From: a virus
Reading direction: 5' to 3' (one strand)
IMG/VR virus record: IMGVR_UViG_3300046387_001332
DNA length: 64,000 nucleotides
A program made the translations under genes and the position numbers. Below are positions 28,987 through 39,205 of the stretch, one piece after another. Below the pieces are notes generated by a model. It made no database searches. It had not been told where the DNA came from and saw only the letters and a list, made by a program, of their open reading frames with translations. The stretch's first letter is position 1. Every line of letters starts with the position of its first letter.

Positions 28987-30183
28987 TTAAATATATTGAC
29001 TGAACAAAGTTTCGTATGACACAGAGATAGAGTCTATATCAAATTTAGTTTTGTTAATTTCTTTTAGTTTCACTGCCTTTGTTTTGTACTTATCGTAGTT
29101 TTGATATACTTCTCGTATCTTTTGAGAAGATACGTCTTTGTCAACTACCATCCATTTTGCCTTTGTACTAAATAAAGATGTTTCTTTAGTAATGTTAGTT
29201 AACTTACCCGGTAGTAAAATAGAATTTTTTTTGTCTATAATGTCAAGGTGTCCTGACCATTTTGTTGCAAGAACTGGTAGTCCACATAAAGTTGCTTCTA
29301 GGATAGGTCTACCGAATCCTTCTCCTTTTGTGTGAGAAATAAATGCTTTAATTTTTGGATGAGTATACACGGAGTGTATTTCTGATTCACTTATATCCCC
29401 ATGTAAAAGATAAATATTCGGTCTACTCTGAGATGGATGTTCTTCAATTATACTTTTTATTTTGTTGGATATTTCAAAATAATCACTAATACTAAAATTT
29501 GATCCAGATGTCTTTAATACCAATGCAGGTTTGTCGTCTGTGTTATTAAATGCTTTTATAAAAGATTCTATGAGTGACTCAATATTTTTTCTACCTCCGT
29601 CATCAGACTCACTTGTGATCCATTGTCCAACTGAAAGAAAACAAAAATCTTCTTTGATTTCATTTAACTCATTGATACTACTACTTGATTCAGAATCTTT
29701 ATAAAATTCAAATGACGCACTTTCTGCGATGACGGAAATTTCGGTAGTCTTGTCTATTTCATTTTCTTTGTACGAGTTTTCAAAAGTTTCTTTTGTAAAA
29801 TTGGACGGAACTATTACATGATCCATTTGATTTAATCCGTTTAGCATACTAGATGGTACATAGTCAACTTCAACACCAGCAGTAATTCCAATATTTATAT
29901 CTGAACCTACCTTCTTGAATTCGGTGGGGAGTCCGAGTTGGATATATACATCGCATCCTGTGTAATGATCTTTTTCGTTTACAAAATGTGGTTTATACTT
30001 TTCACTTAGTTCTTTGTTTAGTCCTGTTTGTGGATTGCTACCCCAGGGTGTAATTGCAAATTTAAGTTCATGTGATGAAAACTTGTTGTACAATACAGAT
30101 GCAATTTCACGGGCATGATCTCCATAACCACTTCTTGATAATAATGGAGATACATATAAAATTCGTTTTTTATCTTTGCTCAT
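28987..30183 (-). CDS. GT4-family (GT-B) glycosyltransferase
   Basis: SGYG, RKN, EGFGRPILEA, WSGHLD. Confidence 0.88.
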   Translation of the reverse strand: MSKDKKRILYVSPLLSRSGYGDHAREIASVLYNKFSSHELKFAITPWGSNPQTGLNKELSEKYKPHFVNEKDHYTGCDVYIQLGLPTEFKKVGSDINIGITAGVEVDYVPSSMLNGLNQMDHVIVPSNFTKETFENSYKENEIDKTTEISVIAESASFEFYKDSESSSSINELNEIKEDFCFLSVGQWITSESDDGGRKNIESLIESFIKAFNNTDDKPALVLKTSGSNFSISDYFEISNKIKSIIEEHPSQSRPNIYLLHGDISESEIHSVYTHPKIKAFISHTKGEGFGRPILEATLCGLPVLATKWSGHLDIIDKKNSILLPGKLTNITKETSLFSTKAKWMVVDKDVSSQKIREVYQNYDKYKTKAVKLKEINKTKFDIDSISVSYETLFSQYI

Positions 30184-31433
30184 ATCTTTTCAAATCTATA
30201 CTTAGGAGAAGGTTTAAATGAATCTATGCTTTTATTAATGCCACCCTTGATTCCGTTAACCATTTGTTCCACAGAAAAATTGCTTTCAACATATTCCCTT
30301 CCAAGTTTACCCTTCTCGTTAAGTTTGTCCTTATCCTGATATAGAGTTATCATAGCAGATGCAAGTGCATCGGAAGATATATAATCTTCATATAAGTAAT
30401 TAGTAGTTCCGTCACCAGTCAAATGTCTAAGTGTGGGTTCTACACCAATGCCCCATGTATTATTGTTGTCAATTTGATCAAGCAATCCACCTGTGCGATT
30501 ACATATTATAGGTGTTTCACACGCAAGTGATTCTAATGTTGCAAGTCCAAATCCTTCGTTACATGAAGCATTTACAGTAACACTTGCAGTATTATACATT
30601 TGAGATAAAATTTCTGGACTAACCTTGGTTGTAGAAAATAATATATTACTATCATTAAATAAGTTATCACACATCTTAATAATGTCGTGTTTATTTTGAC
30701 CGACTTGATTTGTGTGAATCATCATCAATATGTGTTTAGACTCTGACTTGGGGAGGGTGTTACACATTTTATCAAATGCTTCCATGACAACAGGTAGTTG
30801 CTTTCTTCTCATGTTTACATTATTACATAAAAAACAGAACTCACACCCATCACCTAAAAGATTACTTCGTGACTCTACTGAAAATTTATCTTCCTGTTTT
30901 TTGAATGTATTCAAGTCTACTCCATGTGGAACATAGTCACATGAAACATTTCCACCTGTAACTTCTTGAACAATCTGATGTGTTAATTTAGAAATACACC
31001 CAATCCAGTCACAACTATAATAAATACCTTTATTAAAAAACGGAGTAGGGTAATTGTCCCACACATGATAATAGCAGATTGGAATAGTTCTGCGAACTTT
31101 ATTTTCAATTGCATATAACCACTTATAGAACCTTGGGTCCGACATATGTAGAATAGCATCAATCTTTTCTGCTTTACAAATTCCCTCTACAAGTGACTCA
31201 TTACCGTAATTATTATTGCAATACAGTCTTACATAACTACCAGATGTATTGTACATTTGGTCTAATGACTTACTAACATCTACAACTTTTCCATTTTCTG
31301 GATGATTTGTTTTTGATGCCAATTGTATCCAATTGAAGTCAGACAATGTGTTGACTATTATGTCTTTGCATATATTTGCTACACCACTTGGGTATCTTAT
31401 GTCATCTCCAATTAACAATACATTTGGTTTCAT
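30180..31433 (-). CDS. GT4-family (GT-B) glycosyltransferase
   Basis: VPHGVD, RRK, EGFGLATLES, TGGLLDQ. Confidence 0.88.
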   Translation of the reverse strand: MKPNVLLIGDDIRYPSGVANICKDIIVNTLSDFNWIQLASKTNHPENGKVVDVSKSLDQMYNTSGSYVRLYCNNNYGNESLVEGICKAEKIDAILHMSDPRFYKWLYAIENKVRRTIPICYYHVWDNYPTPFFNKGIYYSCDWIGCISKLTHQIVQEVTGGNVSCDYVPHGVDLNTFKKQEDKFSVESRSNLLGDGCEFCFLCNNVNMRRKQLPVVMEAFDKMCNTLPKSESKHILMMIHTNQVGQNKHDIIKMCDNLFNDSNILFSTTKVSPEILSQMYNTASVTVNASCNEGFGLATLESLACETPIICNRTGGLLDQIDNNNTWGIGVEPTLRHLTGDGTTNYLYEDYISSDALASAMITLYQDKDKLNEKGKLGREYVESNFSVEQMVNGIKGGINKSIDSFKPSPKYRFEKI

Positions 31434-31440
31434 TAAATGT

Positions 31441-31469
31441 ATCGTACAAAAATTATCTCAATAAGTCAA
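31441..31469 (-). promoter_or_regulatory. sigma70-type promoter (TTGACT-N17-TACGAT) heading the glycosyltransferase run
   Basis: Near-consensus boxes, 17-nt spacer, -10 ends 7 nt before the ATG at 31433 (nearly leaderless). Confidence 0.55.
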
Positions 31470-31667
31470 CTAATATTTTTTATTGTCAAGAATGGGATTT
31501 GTTTCATCGACCTGTTCTTTAAACTCTTTATCTGTGAGATATAAATGTATTGCACGATTAACCAACTTCTGAAGTGTCATTTCGGAGGTTAGAGTTTCAA
31601 TTTTGAATTCTTTGTACTTGTCAGATAGTACCTTGACAGTAGTTAATTTATAATTTGCATCATTCAT
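31470..31667 (-). CDS. Small ribbon-helix-helix-like protein
   Basis: KLTTVKV beta strand followed by two helices (LQKLVNRAIHLY). Confidence 0.55.
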   Translation of the reverse strand: MNDANYKLTTVKVLSDKYKEFKIETLTSEMTLQKLVNRAIHLYLTDKEFKEQVDETNPILDNKKY

Positions 31668-31725
31668 TTATACATAAATATTGTTGAAAAATAGTTTTAA
31701 TCAAAAAAAATTATAAAAACTAATT

Positions 31726-32343
31726 TTATAACGAATCCCACTTCGGTGGAGTTAATGGACACTTACTGCTAGTGAGTAGTAATTTGCCACTTCCACATCC
31801 ACACTTCATGCATTTAGCAACGTTGGTATTTTTATTTTCCGACCAAAAAGAACATGATCTGCATATCGTAAGACGAGTTTCCCATTGTTTCGCATTGACA
31901 ACAGGTCTTCCACTTTTAGTCCATGCTAATAATGATTGTGCTAAATTAGAGGGCATATCCTTAAATCCTAAATTTTTTGCGGTAGTAACTTGAAACTCTT
32001 CACGACTCATAGATTCTTTGTTATTATTTGAATCATTATTATCAGTTTTAACATCTTTGTTTTCTATGTGTGGTTGCTCAACAACCTTAGATTCTTCACT
32101 TCTCTGAATGGCATCTTGTCTACTACTTTCTAACATTGCTCTAAGTTCTTCTGCCTTCTTGACTTCACTTTCATTATTTTCTTTTACTTCGGTTGTATTA
32201 AATACTGATTTGTCTTGATCGTTTGAATTATCTTCTATTTGACCTCCTGGTTCAAATCCTTTATTTATATACAAACTGTGAACTTCTTCAAATGTAGATT
32301 TGATTACACCCCTCTTTTTATATCTTTGATAATATTTTGCCAT
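31726..32343 (-). CDS. Hypothetical protein with C-terminal Cys-rich metal-binding domain
   Basis: RLTICRSC...KCMKCGC...KCP...KW. Confidence 0.65.
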   Translation of the reverse strand: MAKYYQRYKKRGVIKSTFEEVHSLYINKGFEPGGQIEDNSNDQDKSVFNTTEVKENNESEVKKAEELRAMLESSRQDAIQRSEESKVVEQPHIENKDVKTDNNDSNNNKESMSREEFQVTTAKNLGFKDMPSNLAQSLLAWTKSGRPVVNAKQWETRLTICRSCSFWSENKNTNVAKCMKCGCGSGKLLLTSSKCPLTPPKWDSL

Positions 32344-32385
32344 AACGTTTTAAAATTAATTGTACACTAAATACTTATATAAGAG

Positions 32386-32700
32386 ATGGAAGAAAAAATA
32401 CTAAAAATTCCAAGTGACAACAAATTACTTGAAGATGACCTCAAAAAAGATATAAAAAAGTATATAGACCAAATCTTCATCAGGTTTACTGAGGACATAA
32501 CTATTAACCATATACCCGATAGCATTAAGTTGTTTTCTTTTGATAATACTGAATTACAAGTCATTGTTAAAAAAGCAAGTTATATAGCAAATATAGAAAA
32601 TGCAATCAAAAAATACACGGAGGAAGAAGAGTATGAAAAATGTGCAAAACTGTTAAACCTAATAGACATAATAAATAAAAATAGAAATATAAATACTTAA
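32386..32700 (+). CDS. Hypothetical protein with UVR-like C-terminal motif
   Basis: EEEYEKCAKL. Confidence 0.6.
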   Translation: MEEKILKIPSDNKLLEDDLKKDIKKYIDQIFIRFTEDITINHIPDSIKLFSFDNTELQVIVKKASYIANIENAIKKYTEEEEYEKCAKLLNLIDIINKNRNINT

Positions 32701-32740
32701 GCCGCTATAGTCGCTTTATAAACTACAAGGAGAAAAACTG

Positions 32741-33484
32741 ATGTCAAGGAAAAAGCACAAAGATATTACAAAAAGTATTATTACAGATACTCAACTTCAA
32801 GAAATAATAAGAACTAACGAAGAGATTAGAAAGTTAAAAATAACCCATAAACCATTCACAGACAATCAGAAAAAATTTTTAGATGTTGGTTTAAATGAAT
32901 CAACAAAATTAATGTTTGTTAACGGTCCTGCTGGAAGTGCGAAAACATATATCAGCATATATTGTGGATTGCAATTTTTTAACAATAATGTAATAGAAGA
33001 ACTCGTTTATATAAGAAATGCAGTTGAAAGTTCAGATCACAAATTAGGTTTTTTACCAGGAGCACAAGACGATAAAATGGCTCCGTACTTAGAACCAATG
33101 AAAGATAAACTAGAAGAATTTTTAGATATAGTAGATATAAAATACTTACAGGAAGAAGAACGCATTTATGGACTTCCGGTTGGATACTTACGTGGTGCGT
33201 CTTGGGAAAACAAGTGTGTAATCGTAGATGAAGCACAGAACATGACAGAAAAAGAACTAATCACGATAATGACACGTGTCGGTGAAAATTGTAAATTGTT
33301 TATTTGTGGTGATAATATGCAAAGTGACATTGGCAACAAATCGGGTTTTACAAATATTAAAAGACTTTTTGCTGATGAAGAATCTAAAAACCAAGGCATT
33401 TATAGTTTTGATTTCACAGAAGATGACATAATTAGAAGTGAATTGGTTAAATTTATAGTTAAACGAATAAAAAGTTTAAAATAG
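32741..33484 (+). CDS. phoH: PhoH-like ATPase
   Basis: GPAGSAKT, LGFLPG, YLRG, DEAQN, TRVG, GDNMQSD, DIIRS. Confidence 0.93.
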   Translation: MSRKKHKDITKSIITDTQLQEIIRTNEEIRKLKITHKPFTDNQKKFLDVGLNESTKLMFVNGPAGSAKTYISIYCGLQFFNNNVIEELVYIRNAVESSDHKLGFLPGAQDDKMAPYLEPMKDKLEEFLDIVDIKYLQEEERIYGLPVGYLRGASWENKCVIVDEAQNMTEKELITIMTRVGENCKLFICGDNMQSDIGNKSGFTNIKRLFADEESKNQGIYSFDFTEDDIIRSELVKFIVKRIKSLK

Positions 33485-33548
33485 AAAATATTTATAGAAT
33501 AAAAAAATATATGTATATTTATGTTATATATATTTTCTATAATTAGAT

Positions 33549-35303
33549 ATGGCCAATCAGAAAATTACAGATTTAAACAAGAGTAGCAAATTATCAAATG
33601 ACGATTTGTTCATAGTTGTTGATAAAGACGAATATGCGTCTTCACCATCGGGTGAAACTAAATCAATTACCGCACAAAAACTTGCCGAGCAACTTGCATT
33701 ATTAAAACATGATGATGTGGGGATTAGATTCAGTGAATTGGCAGACGTACCAAACGAGTACACAGAAGCAGCTGGTGGTTTTATTAAAATCAAAGACTCG
33801 GGTGACGGAATTGAGTTTTCAGACTCTCCTGGTCATTCTGAAATATCTGCTGATTATTCTGAATTCTATCAAGATGTCGAGAATTCACAGGAAATTATAT
33901 ATAGAGTGGGTGATGTACTTGCACGTGATTTGGGAACTAATACTTTTAGACACGCATCCTCTGACAATCCTGACACAGCTGAAGTTGTTGGAATAATAAG
34001 AAGAGTTCGTAAAGACCTAGAGGGAAGCATAGAAAGAATAAATGTTGCATTCGGTGGTCATATAAAATTTGAAGAAACAATATTCGTAGAAAAGTTTCAA
34101 ATAGACACATCAGAAATACAGGCGAACGAATCGGTATTGGTTGGAGGAAAAACTTATTTCTTAGGAAGAAATGGAAAAATCGCAGACTTTGATCCTGCTG
34201 AACAATTAAATGATGACGAACCTCATGTCAGCAAACCCTTAATTATCGCAACAGGACCTCAGAGTGGTGTTTTTGTAAATTATCGTGGACTTATATGTGA
34301 AAAAACAGATCAACCAAATAAATTTGTTGTAGAGCATACTGCAAGTTGTAGCAAAATTAAAGTTGGAGACTTTGTAAGAGTTCGCAGAAAAATTCAAAGA
34401 AATATATCGGGTGGATTTGGTGACGCAACCGAAAAAGTATCTGAATTTGAAGGGGTTACAGAAAGTGTGCTTCCGAGTTATCTAGACTTTGAAAGTGGTG
34501 ATAGTCCATATGTGTTGTGTAATTCTGCTTCACAAAACTCACCTGACGAATTGCAAATTGATGATGCATATGGATGTGAAAGTATAGGAATAGTTACAAT
34601 TGCAACTGCGGATTATTTTCAAGTTCAAACAAGTGGAATGGTAAAATTTGAAATGCCAAGTGGTCTGATGATGTCGGAATCGGACACCAACTCAAAACCA
34701 AATGCAATTTTTAAACGAGGGTACACTTATTACCTTGATTCGTTTGATATCACCACCGATGTAAATTCTTATGCAGAACAATCAAAGAAACTAAGACGCA
34801 CCGTATACGATTATACTGCGGATGAAATGGATGACTGGTTTGATAATAGTGTCGGTGACTCTGATATTAAAAATGTAACCAACGGAGTAACTCCATTCAG
34901 AAATACTACAATAAACAATCCTTTTAAAAGAGATCCTGATACAAGAAAAGTAGTATCTTATGCAAAACCATTATTCTACGCAATATCAGAAGATCAGATT
35001 TTACTATTAAGTGATCCGGTTTACCCAACACCATACGATACCTGCAATGCAATTAATCCAAGTGTAAGTGAACCGTGTGTGTCAAAAAAGACCGAGAAAA
35101 ACTTTACTACCACTGTTGATTATGTAGCAGACGAATATTTAAACAAACAATGGCCTGACGCAAGTAAAGGGGATGTTGCAAATGTAAATTCAGTTAATTT
35201 TAATACAGGAACAATACAACTTGAAAAGTACATTAAAACTGAATTTAATGTTACAGTTGGTGGAAACATAAATTATGGTAATTGGGAAAGATCGGAAAAC
35301 TAA
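33549..35303 (+). CDS. Putative virion fibre/decoration protein
   Basis: MANQKITDL N-terminus typical of fibre attachment; two cement/fibre-like repeats (EVVGII...GKTYFL...SKPL). Confidence 0.55.
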   Translation: MANQKITDLNKSSKLSNDDLFIVVDKDEYASSPSGETKSITAQKLAEQLALLKHDDVGIRFSELADVPNEYTEAAGGFIKIKDSGDGIEFSDSPGHSEISADYSEFYQDVENSQEIIYRVGDVLARDLGTNTFRHASSDNPDTAEVVGIIRRVRKDLEGSIERINVAFGGHIKFEETIFVEKFQIDTSEIQANESVLVGGKTYFLGRNGKIADFDPAEQLNDDEPHVSKPLIIATGPQSGVFVNYRGLICEKTDQPNKFVVEHTASCSKIKVGDFVRVRRKIQRNISGGFGDATEKVSEFEGVTESVLPSYLDFESGDSPYVLCNSASQNSPDELQIDDAYGCESIGIVTIATADYFQVQTSGMVKFEMPSGLMMSESDTNSKPNAIFKRGYTYYLDSFDITTDVNSYAEQSKKLRRTVYDYTADEMDDWFDNSVGDSDIKNVTNGVTPFRNTTINNPFKRDPDTRKVVSYAKPLFYAISEDQILLLSDPVYPTPYDTCNAINPSVSEPCVSKKTEKNFTTTVDYVADEYLNKQWPDASKGDVANVNSVNFNTGTIQLEKYIKTEFNVTVGGNINYGNWERSEN

Positions 35304-35305
35304 TC

Positions 35306-35683
35306 ATGGGATCATTATACGATATAGGAAACTTTAGGTACAAGCATTTTACATTTTATTCAACGTGTGGGATGGATGAAAGTGGATGCCAAGACTTTGA
35401 AGATGTTGATAAAGAGATAAAAGGTTTTCTTAACTCGGTGTGGCCATTACATGGATTGTTAATTGGAGATTCATCCGAGGGAGATTATGCGTTTGTAACA
35501 TATGTGAATCAACAGACCGACGATAAACTCGATGTTGTCAAACATATTTCAAAAATACACATCTACACAAGAATGAGCCTCGGTGGAGGAAAAGAACCAG
35601 AGTGGGTAAAGGCCGTTGATCCTGTACCCACACTCGACTCAACTGCGTCATCACAACAAATATCCAGTTCTGATGATTCGTAA
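35306..35683 (+). CDS. Hypothetical protein
   Basis: ORF between structural-like genes; ATG 2 nt after the previous stop. Confidence 0.6.
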   Translation: MGSLYDIGNFRYKHFTFYSTCGMDESGCQDFEDVDKEIKGFLNSVWPLHGLLIGDSSEGDYAFVTYVNQQTDDKLDVVKHISKIHIYTRMSLGGGKEPEWVKAVDPVPTLDSTASSQQISSSDDS

Positions 35684-35701
35684 AATTTAGAAAGAGGAAA
35701 C

Positions 35702-37810
35702 ATGGCAACACTACAAAACAGATCAGCATTTAATTTAAGAGGGTGTCAACCAATTGGTGGTCAGGCACTACAAACTACATCAAGTTCATGTGATGCTGAT
35801 GTTCTTGAGAATATATATGAACAAGTAAAGCAAGCAGCCAAAGACTACAGATGGGAGTCTGAAAGAACTACATTACGAGCAAAACTTACATACAATTGTC
35901 CTAAAGTTGGTGATGCAGTAAGATGGGACCCTAAAATAAATGGATTTAATTTAGCATACGCAATGTATGATACTAACAATCCATCCGACCAAGAGCACCT
36001 AATAGAAGTTGTTGGTATCGTAGAAAGTGTTAGTGTAACCTGCGATGGTTCGGGTAGTGAAATAAACGCAAACGAAACCGAAACAAATGCAGTAATAGTA
36101 ACTTCCGGGAAAGTATCATTTGATCAACTTAAATCAGAATCATATCTTGAAAGTGGGAAAGTTTACTATTTGTGGGACAGAAACCATCCTGCTCATGTTG
36201 CACTTGGTAATAATGTTTCATCTGATGTACATGAACCGATAATCAGTAAACCACTTTTTGTTTCAACAGGAACAAACACCGGAATGGTTTTAAATTATCG
36301 TCCCATGACAGGTTCACCAACGGGTGGTAGAGCACAAACAGAAAAGTATGAAATTGATATAGTAAAAACGGCTGCCGAAGGTGGTGGTTGGTTCATAACA
36401 ATAAAAAACATAGGTGGAATTGCATCAAGACACCCACTAATTGCCCAGATTGACTATAACAGAAGAACCGGACCAAGAGAGTCACTGAATGGTCAAGAGG
36501 TTCATACTATGTTCAAAAACATAGGAATTCTTCATAGCAAGGCAGTTGCCGATCAACATCCAACGGACACACTTGAATCAGAAACATCTTTTTATGTTAC
36601 AAAAAATTCTGAGTTTGGTATTAGTGGAGGAATTTCGGATAATATAATTGATGGACTAAACGGAGTCGGTGAAATTACCGTAACACTTAAGTCAAATACG
36701 GCAAATACCCAAAGTTCATCGTTACTAAAATCATTAATACCATTTCAAACAAGTCCAACTGCTCGTAGATTTCCAAACATCAAAGTACGTGGTGAGTGTG
36801 CATATGCGAGTCAACGAGACAACACAGAATCAGAAGACGAAAACAATTTATACATTGACAACAACGACACGGATATTCCAGACTTGGTTGTTTCTCCATC
36901 TGGTGCATCAACTGCGTATAGTTTTGAAGGTGTAATCTTTGAAATTACACTTGAAAAAGATGCTCAAAATGAAGAAATTTATGTGCCAATGGCAGATGAA
37001 ATGTATTTTAAAATAGATAGTCCAAGTTTAGACGAACCAATTATTAACAAATTTAAACTAACCGCAGAGCAGACTGCCGTAGAAATTATACCAGTCAACG
37101 AACTAGGTGAGGGTATAACAAAAGAAAATGTAACTCTGTCAGTAATAACACAGGACGGAGAAGAACTAAACATTAAACATTGGGGAAGAACCATACAACA
37201 ATCTTCGTATATATGTGATAGTGAAAGATGTTGTGATGAAGATAAAGTTACTGTTGATGTTAATGATGGTCTCACAAATGCTTCTGCAAAACTTGAGGAT
37301 TTATTAGTGGCAGACGGAGATAGTAAATTTATGACAACCGGTGTTAACGGAAAAACAATAGACACAACACCAAGATTACATACACTTGATCCTGAAAAAA
37401 CAATAGACTTACCATCAGGAACACCATCGAATGGATTAAGGTGTACATTTAAAAACGCACGTGAAAACACTATATTCTGTTATCCAAAGAATGTATTATC
37501 GGGAACACAACCCTCATTTATGGCAATTTACTTTAACGAAGCAAGACAAGGTACACTAGGCATAAGAAACGCAAAGGATTACGATCCACGATATATAGCA
37601 ATAGAAATAGGTGGTCAAGATACACTTAATGGTGCAGTTGTTACCGTTACATTAAATTCCGGACAAGAAAATGAGTGTTGCATAGACTTTAAGTTTGATG
37701 GAAGTGCAAACGGAACACACTATACATTCAGAGAACTATATCAAGCAGGATTAATTGTAAAAAGATCAAGCAACTCTGACATATTATTTGGAATAGAGGA
37801 TGGGGTGTAA
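35702..37810 (+). CDS. Putative virion structural protein, paralogous domain to 33549-35303
   Basis: EVVGIVESV...GKVYYL...ISKPLFVSTGTNTGMVLNYRP; GAGG SD. Confidence 0.55.
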   Translation: MATLQNRSAFNLRGCQPIGGQALQTTSSSCDADVLENIYEQVKQAAKDYRWESERTTLRAKLTYNCPKVGDAVRWDPKINGFNLAYAMYDTNNPSDQEHLIEVVGIVESVSVTCDGSGSEINANETETNAVIVTSGKVSFDQLKSESYLESGKVYYLWDRNHPAHVALGNNVSSDVHEPIISKPLFVSTGTNTGMVLNYRPMTGSPTGGRAQTEKYEIDIVKTAAEGGGWFITIKNIGGIASRHPLIAQIDYNRRTGPRESLNGQEVHTMFKNIGILHSKAVADQHPTDTLESETSFYVTKNSEFGISGGISDNIIDGLNGVGEITVTLKSNTANTQSSSLLKSLIPFQTSPTARRFPNIKVRGECAYASQRDNTESEDENNLYIDNNDTDIPDLVVSPSGASTAYSFEGVIFEITLEKDAQNEEIYVPMADEMYFKIDSPSLDEPIINKFKLTAEQTAVEIIPVNELGEGITKENVTLSVITQDGEELNIKHWGRTIQQSSYICDSERCCDEDKVTVDVNDGLTNASAKLEDLLVADGDSKFMTTGVNGKTIDTTPRLHTLDPEKTIDLPSGTPSNGLRCTFKNARENTIFCYPKNVLSGTQPSFMAIYFNEARQGTLGIRNAKDYDPRYIAIEIGGQDTLNGAVVTVTLNSGQENECCIDFKFDGSANGTHYTFRELYQAGLIVKRSSNSDILFGIEDGV

Positions 37811-39180
37811 TGAATAATGATAACGTCACGATTATTGTCCCAATTTATAGACTAATATCCAACAGATTTAATAACTTTTGTTATTTAATCAAAAAATTGA
37901 ATAAACTAGACTGCGATGTGGTGGTTGTTGAACAAGAAAGTGACAAAACTCTGGTAATAGAGCAATACTTATTAAACTACACAAACATTACTCATTTAAT
38001 TTACAAAAGTAATTCCAACAAATTTAATAAATCAAAAATCATAAACTATGCAACCAAGGATGTTTATACCGAATATATATGGATTGTAGACGGAGATTTT
38101 TATACTGATTTTAATTTTGTCTTACAAAGTATTGATACAACAACAGACTTTATACGTCCATTTTCAGAAGTAATCTTTCTCGACAAAGAAGAAACATATC
38201 GTCTTCATTCGAGTGACATTGCACAATTAAACAACGAAACTGAATATAAATCTAATTCGCAAAATGGAAAATTTTCATTTATTGTTAGAAATTCATCTTT
38301 TGTTGATGCCGGTGGAATGAACGAAGATTTTGAGGGGTGGGGGTTTCAAGATTTAGATTTCGTAGAGAACAGACTTAAACCAGGAGTAAGTTTTGGCACT
38401 GTCTCGCAGACGGCATATCATATGTACCACGCACCTGCTTCACGTGAAAATGTAAATATCAATCGTCAACTTTACACAAACTACAATCGGGCTGCGATAA
38501 AACAACTTATATCAAAAAAAATAAAAGAATATAATGGTAAAACAGAAGTTGTATTAAATAAAAAAAGTTTATACCGTGAAAAACATCAAAAAGATGGTAC
38601 TGAACTTGAGACTTATCATCAAGAAACTGAAAAGAAAACACGAATAATAAAAAAATGGAATGAACCAAAGTTTGGTGTAGTATATTCATCAGATTCAAGG
38701 GTATTCTATCCTGGACTTGATGTAATAACCGTAAGAGACTCAAATTCTCATAAATTAAAAAATGTAAATGGTACATTTTCACGTGTTAAAACTGAAAATC
38801 ATTTTTTATATTACTATTACGAATATATTTGTCACATATACGAAGTATTGCCTAATGACAGAACACTGTTATTTGCAAATGATACTTTTTGTAGTAACTA
38901 TAGTGACATAAACGATTTAAATAGTAAGATAAAAAAAGTAAAGAATGGTGAAATACTAGATGTAGAGGAACAAGGTTATACATCTCTATATAAAGAGTTT
39001 AAGCACTCATTGCTCGATAGACCTTTTTCTAAAACAGGATGCTTTTTGGTAAATTCTAATAAAATCTTAAATAAAAAGTTTGATTATTATTATTCACTTT
39101 TAATGCAAATGAAAAACTGGAAACGAGAAGATTTCCAAGCACAGATAAGTGAGTTTAAAAAAGTTTTGTTTGACAAGTAG
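37810..39180 (+). CDS. Glycosyltransferase (GT2/GT7 galactosyltransferase-like) with DUF3431-like C-terminus
   Basis: VVEQ, FNKSKIIN, VDGDF, GGMNEDFEGWGFQD, HMYH. Confidence 0.8.
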   Translation: MNNDNVTIIVPIYRLISNRFNNFCYLIKKLNKLDCDVVVVEQESDKTLVIEQYLLNYTNITHLIYKSNSNKFNKSKIINYATKDVYTEYIWIVDGDFYTDFNFVLQSIDTTTDFIRPFSEVIFLDKEETYRLHSSDIAQLNNETEYKSNSQNGKFSFIVRNSSFVDAGGMNEDFEGWGFQDLDFVENRLKPGVSFGTVSQTAYHMYHAPASRENVNINRQLYTNYNRAAIKQLISKKIKEYNGKTEVVLNKKSLYREKHQKDGTELETYHQETEKKTRIIKKWNEPKFGVVYSSDSRVFYPGLDVITVRDSNSHKLKNVNGTFSRVKTENHFLYYYYEYICHIYEVLPNDRTLLFANDTFCSNYSDINDLNSKIKKVKNGEILDVEEQGYTSLYKEFKHSLLDRPFSKTGCFLVNSNKILNKKFDYYYSLLMQMKNWKREDFQAQISEFKKVLFDK

Positions 39181-39205
39181 CAAACTATAATATAATCTTT
39201 TCTGT

